DNA from: the human T2T-CHM13v2.0 reference genome, Homo sapiens
Length of the DNA: 64,000 nt
Direction: 5' to 3' (one strand)
Assembly (NCBI RefSeq): GCF_009914755.1
Contig: NC_060932.1
A model generated the notes under the pieces. The model had not been told where the DNA came from. It did not search any database and saw only the letters and a program-made list of their open reading frames with translations. Shown here piece by piece: positions 45,533 to 60,345 of this stretch. The translations under genes and the position numbers were made by a program. How positions within the stretch are numbered: position 1 is the first letter of the stretch; each line of letters begins with the position of its first letter.

Positions 45533-47004
45533 ATGACTTTCCTTTCTCTTTCCTTACTGCTTCTTATGTTCCGCCTGTGCCACCAAATTTTTGGCTTCTC
45601 TTAACCCTGATATTTCTGAGCTTCAGGTCCTGGAAATGAAGGGAAGAGGAAGAGTCTTAATGGGGGCTGGCAGATTAGATTAAGCTTGCAGCTGCAATTG
45701 CCCTTCCCTCAGCCTTGCATCGCCTGCCCATATCACTACATATACATCCACATCACACATCTACAGACTTCTACATCTTCTAATTCAATTTTTTTAACTT
45801 AAAGAATTTTATGTATCAGACTTGAAATGGGTCTTGCCATGGTATTCAGACAATTGAAGCAAATTTAATGATCAATGCCCTGAGACAGAATAGAAACAAT
45901 TCCAGAATGGCAAGGCAGGATGCTGATCAGTGTCTTGAGAGTCTAAAGGCAGTTCCTGCTCTTCTGGAGAATGGGGTAGGATTATGAGACTGAAGAAGGT
46001 GACAACCTTCTGCTTTACTTACATGAGTCCATGGCTTGCCTTTGTTTTCTCAAATTTGAGAAGTGATCAATTTTACTAATAATGTTCCAGGGAAATGTAC
46101 ACATGAACTGAAAGATGCTTCTGTAAAACCATCTCTAAAGCACAGTCAGAGTTACTCGTTTAAATCAATGTTATGACCAGGAAGGTTGAGTAATGCATTT
46201 TGGTTTACTTCTGTTTGGAAAACATATGGTTCAAGTTATAATTCTGCCCACAACAACCACCTTACTTGGCATGTAGAAAGATGTTTTAGAATGTATACAG
46301 AGAATGTGGTGACCAAACAGAGTCCACTATTGACTTATTGTGAAATTTTGGGCAAATTTACCTAACCTGTCTGAAACTCCTTTTCCTCAATTGAAAAACA
46401 ACAGATTAATCATAATCAAGAATGATTTGTGATAGTTCAAATATATTATTTTTAAAGTGCCTTTTAACAAACAAACGCATAAATGGTTTAGCATGCCAGT
46501 TAGATTTCTTTCTAGATAGCATTCTGGCTAGATTCCTCATGCTGCTGCCTCTCCCGTCATAGCAAACCATGGCTTCTGCCATTTGAAATCAGTGGCTATG
46601 CCAAACAGCTTCATAGGCTAAATGCATTTTGAATGCTCAGAGTCAGGAGTCTTGCTTCTGACTGCATTGAGAGAGATTTTTGGCTCTGCTTGATTGTGGA
46701 AATTATACTTGGAAGAATGGAAAGACTCAAAGCCAGTGTATCCACCAAGCAAATGACCATCTATTTTAAAAACAGTTAAAAGCTGTATTTTCTAAGGAAA
46801 TACACACACGCATACACACATAGCACCACCATCATCGATCACCACCACAAAGCATTAGCCATTTGCTTCCCAAAGCCAAATTAAACTATTTACATTTTAC
46901 TCATATTGTTGCTTTCTTATCATGTTTTTCTACAGGAGCCAAATACATCTAATTTCCTTCCTAACCCACACAGACTCTCACCTCTTCTTTAATGACTCTG
47001 AAAG

Positions 47005-47230
47005 GATAGCAGCTAACCTCACTGAGTACTTCCTATGTGGCGGGGGCTTTGCTAAGTATTGGACTCTGTGGGTCCTCAAAACCACATTGTGATACTTTAC
47101 AATGATTGGTAATTTATAAGTACAGAGAAGTTAAGTAACACTTGCAAGGTTCTATGGGTGGTAAGTGATAAATACTTCCCCAGTCTGTCTGACACCAGAG
47201 TCCATGCCATTAATCATCATTCCATCTTGC
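47005..47230 (-). mobile_element. MIR SINE
   Basis: atagcagctaac ... acagagaagttaagtaa ... cccagtctgtctgacaccagagtccatgc. Confidence 0.65.
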
Positions 47231-47290
47231 CTTCCATGTTCTTTACCACCAAAATATATTGACAGTAGTTAACATTATTTAGTATACTTC

Positions 47291-47891
47291 TGATACTGGT
47301 AAGCTAGGGAAGGTCCCCACACACCAGTAGGACCTTCACACCAGCCAGTGTCCAGGCTCTTGACACCGTAGTGAGAAGGCATTCAAGGACAAATTGGAAA
47401 ATAGTGAAAGTACAGAGATTTATTGCAAAACAAAAAGTACATACTCAAGAAAGGGGAGTGTAGGTGTGCTCAAGAGAGAGTTGGGCAATGGGGCCTGGGG
47501 CTTCTAGATTTATGGGTTTCTTTAACCAAGGGGTGAAATACTCATGGAGATTCCTGGAAAAAGGTGCAGATTTCTCAGAACTGTTTTGCCACCCATTTTT
47601 ACACCAAATATGGGTGTTCCCAGAACTGTCATGGCACGGGTGGTGTGTGATCTAGGATGTTAATGAGTGGATAATGAGGTCCTGGGAGAAAATCTAGGTT
47701 AAGTCCAGGGCCATGTTGCATCCAGTGTTTTTAGCCAGATTGGTCCACACCCTGGTTTTCATGGTTTTATCAGCCTCTAGCTTGTGCAGTTATTTGAACA
47801 GTTTTTTTTTTCTTCTTTTTTTCTAATCATGTAAAACTGTTGCCTGGATTTGTCTGTTATTTTGCGACCACCATATATTATTTCTGTCTCA
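47291..47891 (-). mobile_element. ERV1-class solo LTR (family uncertain) with 4-bp TSD CTTC
   Basis: TG...CA ends; minus-strand AATAAA (gatttattg); CTTC at 47287-47290 and 47892-47895. Confidence 0.8.
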
Positions 47892-48199
47892 CTTCTAGGT
47901 GACAGGCCCTGTTCTAAATTCTTCATTTCACTCTCTCTTTAAAACCATGCCATGAGTTTGAAATTGTTTTTATCTCTCTCAATTTTCAGATGAGGACACT
48001 GAGGCACAATTAAAGAATAACTTGTCAAAGATCACAGTGTTATTAGCAGTGAGAAAGAATGCAGATAAAATCTTCCAACTCTGCATCCCCCATGTGCCCC
48101 ACACCTTGCCCCGGGGTTACTGAAGACAGAGAACCACTGCAAACTGGTCGCAGGCTACGTTTTCAACCCTCACTGTCACCACACTAGATGCTGGGCTGC

Positions 48200-48580
48200 T
48201 ACTTCTGGAATGCTCTACTCACTCCGTGCTTTCTCCATTGCTGAGGTTTTCCTCTCCCTCCCTCTCTTCTCTGTGCTCACCTGGAGAAACTCCTTCATCC
48301 TTCAAGGTCTCCAATGTCACTCACTCCCTGTGGACTTCCCTTCCCACCTCCCTTCCCTTCCCTAGACAACGTTTAATTATTTCCACAGCACTAGGATCAG
48401 GCTTCTGTCATGCAGTTCGCATGTTATGTCACAGCTAATTGTTTACTATTCTGTCTCTTCTTTCAGATTAAGAGCTCCTCAAAGAAGAAATATCATTTTA
48501 TTCATCTGTGTTCTCTAATGTCAAACAAAGTGACTAGCATATAATAGATAGGCATTTAATTATATATTGAATTGAATTGG
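48200..48580 (+). mobile_element. LINE-2 3' end
   Basis: aactccttcatccttcaaggtctc ... taagagctcctcaaag ... agtgactagcatataatag. Confidence 0.6.
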
Positions 48581-51000
48581 ATACAACTGCTTTAGCTGTC
48601 CATTTGATTTTGACCCAATAAGGGTTACAACAAAATAAAATCAGAAACCCTTTCACCTAGTGTAGGACTAATATAATAAAAGATTTTAGTCAATGAATTC
48701 ACAGCTTTGGTCTTGATTCGGAATACCTTATTTTATGATTTTTTTTTTCTGTGAGGGCATTCTAATTTAGTAAAAATACCTGTTTGGTTTGTCAGGTTAC
48801 TATGGGCGAATGTAGAAGGCTTGAACCTGTGATTTGGTTGGGTTCTGTTCTCTGACATTCCTCTATCTCTCATTTCCTTTCCTTTAATGGTTGATTTCTA
48901 AACCTTTTATAAATTACTTTTGGCTATTAGTAAAATTTACCAATTTTCCTTGAAAGAATCATGTGTTCTGATTAAGGTACCAATTTTAGAACCATCTACT
49001 ATAAAATCTTATTTTACGCTTTTCTGTACAATGTTAATGTTATTTTCTTCATCTGTTCCAAATTTTCACTCTTAATATTGTTTAGTTGTATTGTAAGATG
49101 TAAACAGAGATCAAACGTGATGTTTGATGTGTGAAAATCTAACTCAATATACAGATCCTGTAGCAATCTCTCAAATTGAGATCAGAAGCTGTACCAGTCC
49201 CTTTAAAGAATAGGGGGTGGGGATAGGGAAGGGGTCCTGCCCTAGCAACAAGCACTTATGCAGGTCAGATGGAGCAACAGTGCTGGTTTTATGGAATTTT
49301 GCTGTAAGGGTATTGCTTGCATATATTGATCTGAACACCTTGATATTCCCTGTAGCATTTTGTGCCTCACAGTTACCTTGACTTCTACCTCTCTGTCTAC
49401 TCTCCTTGGATGTTAACTTACTCTTCACCATCTAATCCGTGTTCCCATTAGGGCTGTGATTATATATGCTACTTGCACCACATTAGATTGTACCAATTAA
49501 ATCCTTTGACTCCCCAACGCTGTCCAAATCTGTGCATGGGTCTTTATCTTTGACTTAATATTTCATCCTGAGGGTATAACAACACAGGAGTGATGATACA
49601 GTCACAATTTTTCCTTCAGTAACAATAGAAATATTACTGGAATATAATATACCTGGCTTCCATTCTATAAGTTGTTCATAGTAAGTGCTATAAACTTAGG
49701 CAAATGATCAATATGATCAATGAAGTATGTGAATCAGTATAACTTGTGCAACTCTTTTAATATGCAAACTCTTGTGCTCAATCTTTGACTTACTGAATGG
49801 GAATCTCTGGAAACAGAATCCCAAGAGTGTGTATTTTTCATATAGTAGGTGATACTAATGACCACTGTTGGGTTAGAACAACAATTCAGTTTTGATATCT
49901 CAAATGTTCCTTCCAGGGGTAGAACGTTTCCCTATCCAAGGTGTTTATCTTCTAAGAATTTTGGAGAATCAGACAGAAATATTAAAAACCAGAATTCATA
50001 TTAATCTAAAACAAATTAATTTTTTTCTAGAATGTACATGCTCCTTAACCCTGTTTCAGCATATTGTTTCAGGAAATTAAAATGACCAAGTTTGAATTTT
50101 TATTAAAAAAAAAAAAAGAAATGCAGAATTTGAGTAATCTGGAAGAGTAACAACAAAAAAATATATCCCTTATCCTGACTAATTGTTGCATAGCTTTCTC
50201 AAAATCCTCAGAACCCAATGTCAATTGTCATTAATGGTAATTAATGGCACATTTTATGACTTCTGAGTAACTTATTTTACCTAAAAGACCAATGGGATTG
50301 CACCTCACATCATGCCTTATACATGAAATCACTGTTGTCCCAAGGCAAGATAATCCACAATTTGAGGCATAAAAATTCTGAACAGAAAAACCACTGGTGC
50401 CAACAGAGCTGCTTACTGGAAGGTGGAGAGGAAATGTGTAAAAGGGAAGGAGAAGAATTAATTTGCAATTTAGCAATTTAGGAGGGAAAGTTGCATCAAG
50501 TCATTGACTTCTGCTTAATGGTGGTTTTTTTTCTTCAATTAATACTCAAGTCGAAAATTATTTTCCGCCTGTAAAAAGACAAGGAAGTTTGTATAATGTC
50601 TTCAACCGTCACATCACAGAGCAAAGCAGAGACAGAGTTGTCATTTAATGATAACGAGCACCTGCAACAGTCATTTTGTAGTGAGGGCATTGAAAGAAAC
50701 AAAGCTTCTGGCACAAAATAAGAAATCAGAAGAGAGGTAAGTAGGGCTATGAGTTTACAATTGATGAAGCATAGCTATCCTGAAATTCTGATTTTTTTCA
50801 ATTGCAGATTGAGAATTCTCTGCATTTATTTTAAAAGCCACAATCATGGAAATGGTGCATTTTAGCAAAAATAAAGACAGCACAGATAATTGACAAATGA
50901 AACTGAACCAGAATAAGGTCTGGAATGGACTAAAACAAAGATAATTCATTACAAATGCCCCGACTATAAATTTCATCAGTCATTAATAAGCAAGATTTCA

Positions 51001-51315
51001 GGCCAGGCGTGGTGGCTCACTCCTGTAATCCCAACACTTTGGGAGGCCGAGGCGGGCGGATCACTTGAGGTCAGGAGTTTGAGACAAGCCTAGCCAACAT
51101 GATGAAACCCCATCTCTACCAAAAATACAAAAATTAGCTGGGTATGGTGGTGCATGCCTGTAATCTCAGCTATTCAGGAGGCCAAGGCAGAAGAATCACT
51201 TGAACCCAAGAGGCAGAGGTTGCAGTGAGCTGAGATCATGCCACTGCACTCCATCCAGCCTAGGTGACAGAGCAAGACTCTGTCTCAAAAAATAATAATA
51301 AAATAAAATAAAATA
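51001..51315 (+). mobile_element. Alu (AluSx-like)
   Basis: Full Alu; TSD aagcaagatttca. Confidence 0.93.
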
Positions 51316-53430
51316 AAAAGCAAGATTTCACATTAATGCTGCTCATTATATATAGTTTGTATTTATGTTCTTTTTATGTGTTTAATTTTAAGTAAACTGA
51401 ATATAACTAATTTCATGATGTGATTTCAATCATATTTTCTTATCAATTTTGTCATTATCTATGTACATTTTGAGTAAAGGAAACACTTTCCAGAATCGTG
51501 CTGAAGCACTCCCTTGTGTCGCTTTGTTTTTTGTGTTGTGTTTTCTTTCTGGGAGGTTAAGTTCTCTAAGAAGGTAAAATCTTAAATGAAGAATAAAGTC
51601 AGGTTTCTTGCTGTAAATTTGTTCTGGTTTTCCCTCCTTTCCCTTTCCTCTTTCCCTCTTTAATTCTCTCCTCTCTTTTCTTCCTTCCTTCATGGTTTCT
51701 TTCTTCTCTTCCCTCCTTTACCACTTTCTATGTCCTTCCATTTCTAACATAAACATCTCTTGAGTAGCAAACACAGTGTGCATTTTACTGCTTTAGTTTC
51801 CTCTATGCCTAATGAAAAATGCCAAAAAGTGAGTGGGTTCCTGCTACCGAGCCCTGTCTCCCAAGCCTGAATGATGTTCTACGGTGCATAACTTCACTGA
51901 GTTGGACACACAGGGAAGCTCTAAGATAACAGGATATGGAGACGATGCTGTCTGGTGAACTGAAGTGAGTCAGCTGCAAGTAAGAAGGGTGAAAAAACAC
52001 TTTAAGGATGTACCGAAGCGTGGAGATAAGCAATCCACCCAGCAGGAGCTCCTAGGTAAGAGCAGAAGCAGAGAGAATGGCCTGATGTTCACAAGTTACA
52101 AACTAACTAAATGTGGGCTGAATATGAGTCTATGAGTTTTATAAGTCTGATACTGAAACTCCATAGGACCCACATTTTTGTTCCTAAGATGGAATGCTCT
52201 CCTAATTGTCACCCTCTCCAGCAATAACTGCATCCTGATAAGTCCTGTAAGTATTTAAAAGAAAGGTCAGTTTGAAAGATAGCTACACAGCTAACTATAT
52301 ATTACCAAAGGTCTTAAGGAGATGTATGAATGTAATGTTTCAGAAACATCAAGACATGGCAGATTAATCCTATTAAAAGTGACCTATTTCTTATTTGTCA
52401 TGTAGGATACATCAGGCTATACTTGACCATGAAGCTGTTGTATATATGTATTACATACACACACGCGTGCACACACACACACACCCCTACATTCTTTCTT
52501 TCTTTTTGGTGCCAAAACCCAGAAGTGAAGTATGGGAGGAACTTACATAGAAGATTGGCAATCATGGCCAAGTACTCTGAAATGCAGACAGAATAGTGGA
52601 CTCTCCGTTGCCATATACCTGGAGAATACCATTGTAGGAGATGAGAAAGACTCTGGCAAAGGCTAGCCATAAGGGATAGAAACACAGGCTTTAGCCGTTA
52701 GTTTTCAGCTTCAAACTCATAATGCCACATTTTCAAGTACATTGAAAACCCAGCAGTTAAAGTAGCTACTTTAAAGGAAAAAAAGTGATGCATTGGAAGT
52801 TAAGATCATTATCACTGCACATTAATTTTTTTTTATAAATCTCTTTCTTCAAGACATTGAGAACTCAGTTTTCATAATGATTCAATAAATATAAACTGAA
52901 GAAAAAATTCCACCAGAATCCCAGAAGCGGAAATAACATTACAATGCTAATACAGTCAGTAGGAGGCCACAGTAATCCAGATTATCATACATAACTGTCT
53001 CATGGAAACTAATTTGACTTTTATTGTGCTGCTAAATGAAATTATTACATGATCTATAGTTTATTGAGCCCTGTGGCAATGCCAGGGAGTGAAGCACTGA
53101 GCTGCATCTTTTACTTTGATGGTTGCAAGATTTTTAAAGCACTTTACACATTAAGAGTGAGTAAAGAAGACTATAATACTCAGAAACAACACAGCTACTA
53201 AATAAATTACTTGCCAGAAACCATAATGATGGCAGGACGAATGCAGCAAGCAAAGCATTTCCTCATTAACCATGTGCATCCAATGAAGACAAGGTATTGA
53301 AAAGAACTTTCATGTGAGGGTTAGATAATGATGAAGACACAGTTTTCCCTCTGACAGGTATGCCTTGAACAATGCCCCCAGCTGTTCCCTAAGCAATCCT
53401 CCTAATAGACACTGAATATTCTGGGAGCTT

Positions 53431-53776
53431 TGTTTTTTGTTTATTTGTTTGCTTGCTTGTTTTTATTTGTTTTTTGTTTGTTTGTTGAGACAGAAGGAGT
53501 ACCGCTCTATCACCAGGCTGGAGTGCAGTAGCATGATCTCAGCTCACAGCAACCTCCGCCTCCTGGGTTCAAACGATTCTCATCCCTCAGCCTCCCACCT
53601 GAGTAGCTGGGATTGCAGGTGCCTGCCACCACATCTGGCTAATTTTTTGTATTTTTAGTACAGACAAGGTTTCGCCATGTTGGCCAAGCTGGTCTCGAAC
53701 TCATGACCTCAAGTGATCCGCCCGCCTCAACCTCCCAAAGTGCTGGGATTAACGGTGTGAGCCACCATGCCCAGCC
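53431..53776 (-). mobile_element. Alu (AluS-like) with (TTTG)n tail
   Basis: Full Alu; TSD ttctgggagctt. Confidence 0.92.
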
Positions 53777-53907
53777 CTTCTGGGAGCTTCGCTATCTTAC
53801 TTCATGGTGTTGGAAATAATGCACTGAACATCCAAATCCTAAGGCTTTGAAACTATTAGAAGTGGTGCAATATGGTTAAAGATGTGGTTCATTTAAGACA
53901 CAGTCCA

Positions 53908-54212
53908 GGCTGGGTGCAGTGGCTCATGCCTGTAATCTCAGCATTTTGAGAGGCCACGGCAGAAGGCTCACTTGAGCCCAGGAGTTTGAGACCAGCCTGA
54001 GCAACATAGTGAAATCCTATTTCTACAAAACATAAAAATTAAAAACCTGGGTGTGGTAGTGCATGCCTATAGTCCTAGCTACATGAGAGGATGAGGTGAA
54101 TCACTTGAGCCCAGGAGGTCAAGGCTACAGTGAAATGTGTTCACACCACTGCACTCCAGGCTGGGTGACAGTGTGATGAGACCTTGTCTCAGAAAAAGAA
54201 AGAAAAAGAAAA
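53908..54212 (+). mobile_element. Alu (AluJ-like)
   Basis: cacttgagcccaggagtttgagacc; ggaggtcaaggctacagtg. Confidence 0.9.
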
Positions 54213-54399
54213 ATTCCAGGGCCAAAAGGAGGACATATGTTTGGAGATAATTAAGTGTTTTCATTACAGGAATTAGATTTAAACATTATAAGGAACACAC
54301 TTCTTGTTATAGAAATTGGCATTTGAATCATAATTAATATGTTAACAGCAATGGTTCATATTAGTAGTAACAGCTAAAATTTCATGTCATTTTGGAGTT

Positions 54400-57375
54400 C
54401 CTCTTTAGAGTTCCCACCTGCCAAGTAGAGTTAACTCCCTCCTTTCCGCTGTAATACCCACTGTGCTTTCAGTCATTACTGGAACATTTGTCACCCTTAC
54501 TACAGATCAGTATGCATGTCTTTCTCCCATGTTGAAAGCTCTGGTATTTTGGGGTCTGTGCTATTGGATTATGCTGCTCTATCTTCCAGCTGGGTACACC
54601 AACCTACCAGTCACTCAGGCCTATTTATCGAAGATTTTATTACTTGATCACAATCCTCCTCACTACTCCAAGCTGTGAAATCATCCAGAGTGGCTTCAAT
54701 ATCATTGCATATCCTGGCTGTATCAGTCTTTGGTGATCTCATCTTCAATGACTTTTTCTTTCACTCCAGTTTTGCTATCTGCTCCCATAGACACACCCAG
54801 GACCTGGTCACTCCCTGAAATTGTTCCTTGTCAAAAATTTCAAATTCAAAAGTATTAAACTATAACTACATCTTTCCCTCCTTCTAGCTATTTTTTCAGT
54901 TCTTCCTGGTGTTTTTCAGATCACAAGTTTTCTTGTACATTAAACCCTTTATCTTCTCCTAGACCTCCAGTTTCTACTTTTTCACTTTCCCCATCATCCA
55001 GCTGAGGTCCTAGGGTCCGTTTGGCAAGATCCTTTGCTCACTGCTGTTCATCACTTTTTTCAGCCAAACACCAACCCTGAAAGACCCCTGTTATCTTCTT
55101 TCTCCACAACTACTCCCTATAGCCAATTACTACTTGGTACAGAAAGGCAAACTGCTTCCATGATGACATAATCATCAACTTCAAATGGGCTCCCCATATG
55201 TCTCAACTTAACTCATTCTCCCACTTTCACAACAACTATTTCACACTTTCTTCACTGTCCTCAGAATTCCAAGCCACCCCCTCTTCTCTCATGCTGTTAG
55301 TTGATAATTGTTTTCTATTTTATCAGAGCAATAGAAACAACCAGACAAAAGTCTTTACCTTCACAATAACAAATATTGCATTGTCTGTTTCTGAACTATT
55401 CCATCTTTTTTTCTGATAAGAGATATTATTTATTTACTTGCCTAAGGCTAGACATTTCATTTACCTGTTCATTGGATCCCACCTGCTCACCACTTCTTAA
55501 AACCCCTGAAACTCTGAATATTAATATTTTTTTATCTTCTGGATATTTCATTGCTTCCTTAAGTCAAATCTTCCCTCTGATATTTAAACATGTTGATGTA
55601 TTCCTTATATTCATAAAAACTCTCCCTGAATTCTAATAACACTCAATCAAGCCTCATCCTCCATTTCCTCTCTGTCAAAGCCAAACTTTTAATCTCAATG
55701 TCTCCATCCTTAACCTTTTACTCAGGCAAAAATCTAGTGTCTTTCATGATCACTGCAAGGAAAAGGCTATTATTAGAGTATTCAATGAAATCATGTTGAT
55801 TGACTGCTCAGCAGCATTTGATAGAGTTAACCACTTTCTTCTTCTTGATATGTTCTTCTATTGGCCTCTGGAACTCTTTCATCCTAGTTTTCTTCCTGCC
55901 TCCCTGGTCAATCTCTCTATGCTTCTTGGAAAACTCCTTCTCTAAACAGGCATTAAATATTTTCTTTTCTTAAAGTTCAGATTCTCACCCTCCTTTCCCT
56001 CCACAATATTGGTTAGGGATTTTATTCCAATCCATACTTTTAGCATTATTGACATGCCAATGATTCAGCACAGGCCTCTCTTCTTGAGTTCCAGATCTAT
56101 GTGTATAATTGTCCACCAAAACTTCTACCTACTTCCTCAAATATCTTCAAACACAACTAAACCAAAACCAATTGTATGATTCTCTATCCATATACAGGAG
56201 AAAACAACTCAGTTCTCTTCCAGTGCCTTTTATCTAGTAGAATAGCGTCATCATTCACCCAGTTATATAAACCAGAAACTCTCTTCCTCAGCCTACATTT
56301 CTCATTCATTCCCGAGGCCCATCAAAGCCTTTTAACTGTGAATATTGTCGAATTTCATCCCTTCTTTCCATCTTCATGGTTGCTAACCTAGCCCAAGCGG
56401 CCAACCTGTCCTACCTGAAGACCTGTAGTAGTTCATTACGAGGTCTCCCCCAATCTACTATAATTCATTCTCCAAAATGATGGTAAATTGATTATTTCAA
56501 AATACAAATATGATTGTGTCCTCCCTACCTCACCCCTATCTAAAACTCTTTAGTGTTCTCTATTCCTTTAAAGATAAGAAAACAGAAAGTACTTGTATTA
56601 GTTCATTTTCACGCTGCTGATAAAGACATACCTGAGACTGGGCAATTTACAAAATAAAGAGATTTAATTGGACTTATAGTTCCACGTGGCTGGGGAAGCC
56701 TCACAATCATGGCTGAAGGCAAGGAGGAGCAAGTCACATCTTACGTGGATGGCGGCAGGCAAAAAGAGAGCTTGTGCAGAAAACTCTCATTTTTAAAACC
56801 GTCGGATGTCTTGAGAGTTATTTACTATCACAAGAACAACATGAGAAAGATCTGCCCCCATGATTCAATTACCTCCCACCAGGTCCCTCCCACAACACGT
56901 GGGAATTCAAGATGAGATTTGGGTGGGGACACAGCCATACCATATCAGTACTCAAGGGATTCTTTGGTCAAAGCTCCTGCCTGCCTTGGAAGCCCCACTT
57001 GACATCTTCTTTGCCTCACTCTCTGGAATCCTGTCACTCACTCTGCTGCAGTTCCCCAAATGTGCCATGTCTCCTTCTGTAACAGGATCTTGACAGATGC
57101 AGTTCCCTGTGTCTGTATATTCGTCCTCTCTTTGTTGTTGAATAAACTCATAATCACCCTGATCTCTACTCATGTCACTTCCTGAGATGAACTTTTCTTC
57201 CCCCAGAATATTTCTTTTCTTCCAAGCCCCAATCTCATTTCCACATATACATAGTATCATTACTTAATTTGATCTATTCCTATCTCATAGGACTGAATAT
57301 TCCATGAGACCTGGGGAGAGTATATTTAGTACTTGCCCTTTATAAGAACTCAATAAATATTTCTGGTTGAATAGA
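54400..57375 (+). mobile_element. Long degenerate LINE-2 interrupted by THE1
   Basis: C/T-rich L2 remnants (ctcagcagcatttgatagagttaaccact; ggcctctcttcttgagttccaga); tail ctcaataaatatttctggttgaat. Confidence 0.6.
56594..56947 (-). mobile_element. THE1B-type solo LTR (MaLR) with 5-bp TSD GTACT
   Basis: tgtattagttcattttcacgctgctgataaagacatacc ... gagatttgggtggggacacagccataccatatca; GTACT at 56589-56593 and 56948-56952. Confidence 0.92.
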
Positions 57376-57451
57376 CATATGGAAGTATGGATGGATAGGA
57401 AAATTTAAAGTGCATGACATGTTCAAAATGTGAGCAATAAACTAAGATACA

Positions 57452-58054
<603 letters not shown>

Positions 58055-58475
58055 AAACTAAGATACACTATCTATCTATTTATTTTTCATGTTTATTGTA
58101 TTTTAATCAAGCAAAATCTATTACTGAACTTCTAATCTCTTAATTTTTTCTAATTAAGAAAAAAATTGAATTCTTTAAGTTTTTTTATGAGAGTCCTAGG
58201 CTTTTTATATTAAATCCATTATTTTAGAATAACCTCCCATCTCCCAAACCACCTACTTTACAATTCAAAATTCTCATAATATTCTATAGCAGGCAAGAAA
58301 TATTATTTGGTCTAATGAAAATAACTTCTTTTTACTCAAATATTTGGTATTCAATAATAACCATACTGTTAAAAAGGGAATTGAGATAATCTATTTTAAT
58401 TCACTTTAATACATATTTATCACACATCTACAATTTGTCACAGTGTTTGTGAGAATATGAAAACGAACAGGGCAA

Positions 58476-58603
58476 GGCCAGGTGCAGTGGCTCATGCTTG
58501 TAATCCCAGAACTTTGGGAGGTCAACGGGGGCAGATCACTTGAGCCCAGGAGTTCAAGACTAGCCTGGTCAACATGACGAAACCCTGTCTCTACTAAAAA
58601 AAG
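58476..58603 (+). mobile_element. Alu left monomer (FLAM-like)
   Basis: Single arm; flanks gaaaacgaacagg / gaaaatgaacagg resemble a TSD. Confidence 0.85.
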
Positions 58604-59244
58604 AAAATGAACAGGACTGATATTTACCCTGCTGGTATGAAGTTGCTAACAGAAAAGCTGGTAGTTTAATCATTTTATTGTAACATTTAATTATTTATTG
58701 TTTGAGTTTCCAGGCCTTTTGAAACACTTTACTGAATAACTGAATAATATTGACCAAGAGTGGTCCTTTAATAGGACAATCTACACTCACAATAATGATT
58801 TTAATAAATTAGGGAGCACTCTACCAAAGGAGACATATGGTAATATATGACCAGAGGAAGATAAACATGATTTTAATGAATATTTTTAATCATCATTCAA
58901 TCTTCGTAATAATCTTTAGCTTAAAGACTGTATAAGAGTCACAAAATGAAATAAAATAATAGTTAATATCATAATGAACCCCAGGGGAAAAGACAGAAAA
59001 TATAGATAATATCCATAATACCCTAGGCATGGGTATTGTTTAAAATTTAATATGTTTAAGCATATTAAATTCTGGCAAGAGTAATAAATTAAGAAATGAA
59101 TGCTTTTAAAAATATCGATATCAGAAAATTCAAAATAAATACAATTCCTATTGAATGAGAGTCTCTCTCGTGACACCTGCTTCTTGAACACCACATTCCT
59201 TGAAGGAGTGATTACCCATCCCCCAGTTGGCTTCCATTATTACT

Positions 59245-59490
59245 TTAAATATTAATTGATAATTTGCTATGAGCTAGAAAGGCATTGGGCTAAGAACTTT
59301 CTACAGATAATTTCATGTAACCCTATAGGAAAATTATGAGCTAGGCACAGTTTCTATTCCATTTCACTGATGAAGGAAACTGTGGTGCAGATAAATTAAA
59401 TAACTTTTTCAGGATGACACGGTTAGTAAGTGGTAGAGCAGGGATTTAAAACCGTATTGTGTGACCCCAGTGCTCTTACCTGACTATATA
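59245..59490 (-). mobile_element. MIR SINE
   Basis: ccatttcactgatgaaggaaactgtgg ... ttagtaagtggtagagcagggatttaaa. Confidence 0.7.
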
Positions 59491-59498
59491 TTGGTATA

Positions 59499-59836
59499 CT
59501 GTTGTCCCTCAGTATTTGTAGAGGATTGGTTCTAGGACTCCCCTTGGATACCAAAATCCACGAATGCACAAGTCCCTGATATAAAATAGTGTAATATTTA
59601 CATATAACTTATGCACATCCTTTCATATACTTTAAATCATCCCTAGATTACTTATAATACCTAATACAATGTAAATGCTAGCTAAATAGATGTTGCACTG
59701 TATTGTTTAGGGGTAATGATAAGAAACAATATCTGTACATATTAAGTCCAAATGCAACTATCTATTTTTTTTTCTTTTTCAATCCACTCTTGGTTGAATC
59801 CATGGATGCACACCCATGAATACGAAGGAATGACTG
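59499..59836. mobile_element. MER2 (TcMar-Tigger) DNA transposon fossil
   Basis: gtccctcagtat ... ggattggttctaggac ... ggataccaaaatcc ... tagattacttataatacctaatacaatgtaaatgcta ... gttgaatccatggatgc. Confidence 0.85.
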
Positions 59837-60044
59837 CGCTCTCCTCCAATAAAATCTCCTAATAAGTGAGTTTAAATTCACATAAGTGAAACAGGCACCA
59901 ATTTTAGAAGAGCAGTGTGTAATTTAGAAATCAAACACTGATCAATATACAACTCCAAAATATTGGAGGAATCATCACTTTTCTGCCTTGCAGTGAAAAG
60001 AGAAAAGTCATTTAGATAAGGTCAAAATTGACCATCTGTGCTTT

Positions 60045-60345
60045 GTTTCGTTTATTTTATTTTACTTTATTTTATTTTGAGAAAAGGTGTCTCTCTGTCA
60101 CCCAGGCCAGAGTGCAGTGGTGCAATCATGGTTCACTGCAGCCTCTAACTCCTAGGCTTAAGCAATCCTCCCACTTCACCTTCCTGAATAGCTGGGACCA
60201 CAGGCACACACCATCATGCCCATCTAATTTTAAAACTTTTGTACAAATAGGGTCCCACTATGTTGTCCAGGCTGGTTTTGAACTCCTGGGCTCAAGTGAT
60301 CCTCCCACCTTGGCTTCCCAAAGTGCTGGGATTGCAGGCATGAGA
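60045..60345 (-). mobile_element. Alu (AluJ-like)
   Basis: actatgttgtccaggctggttttgaactcctgggctcaagtgatcctccc. Confidence 0.9.
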
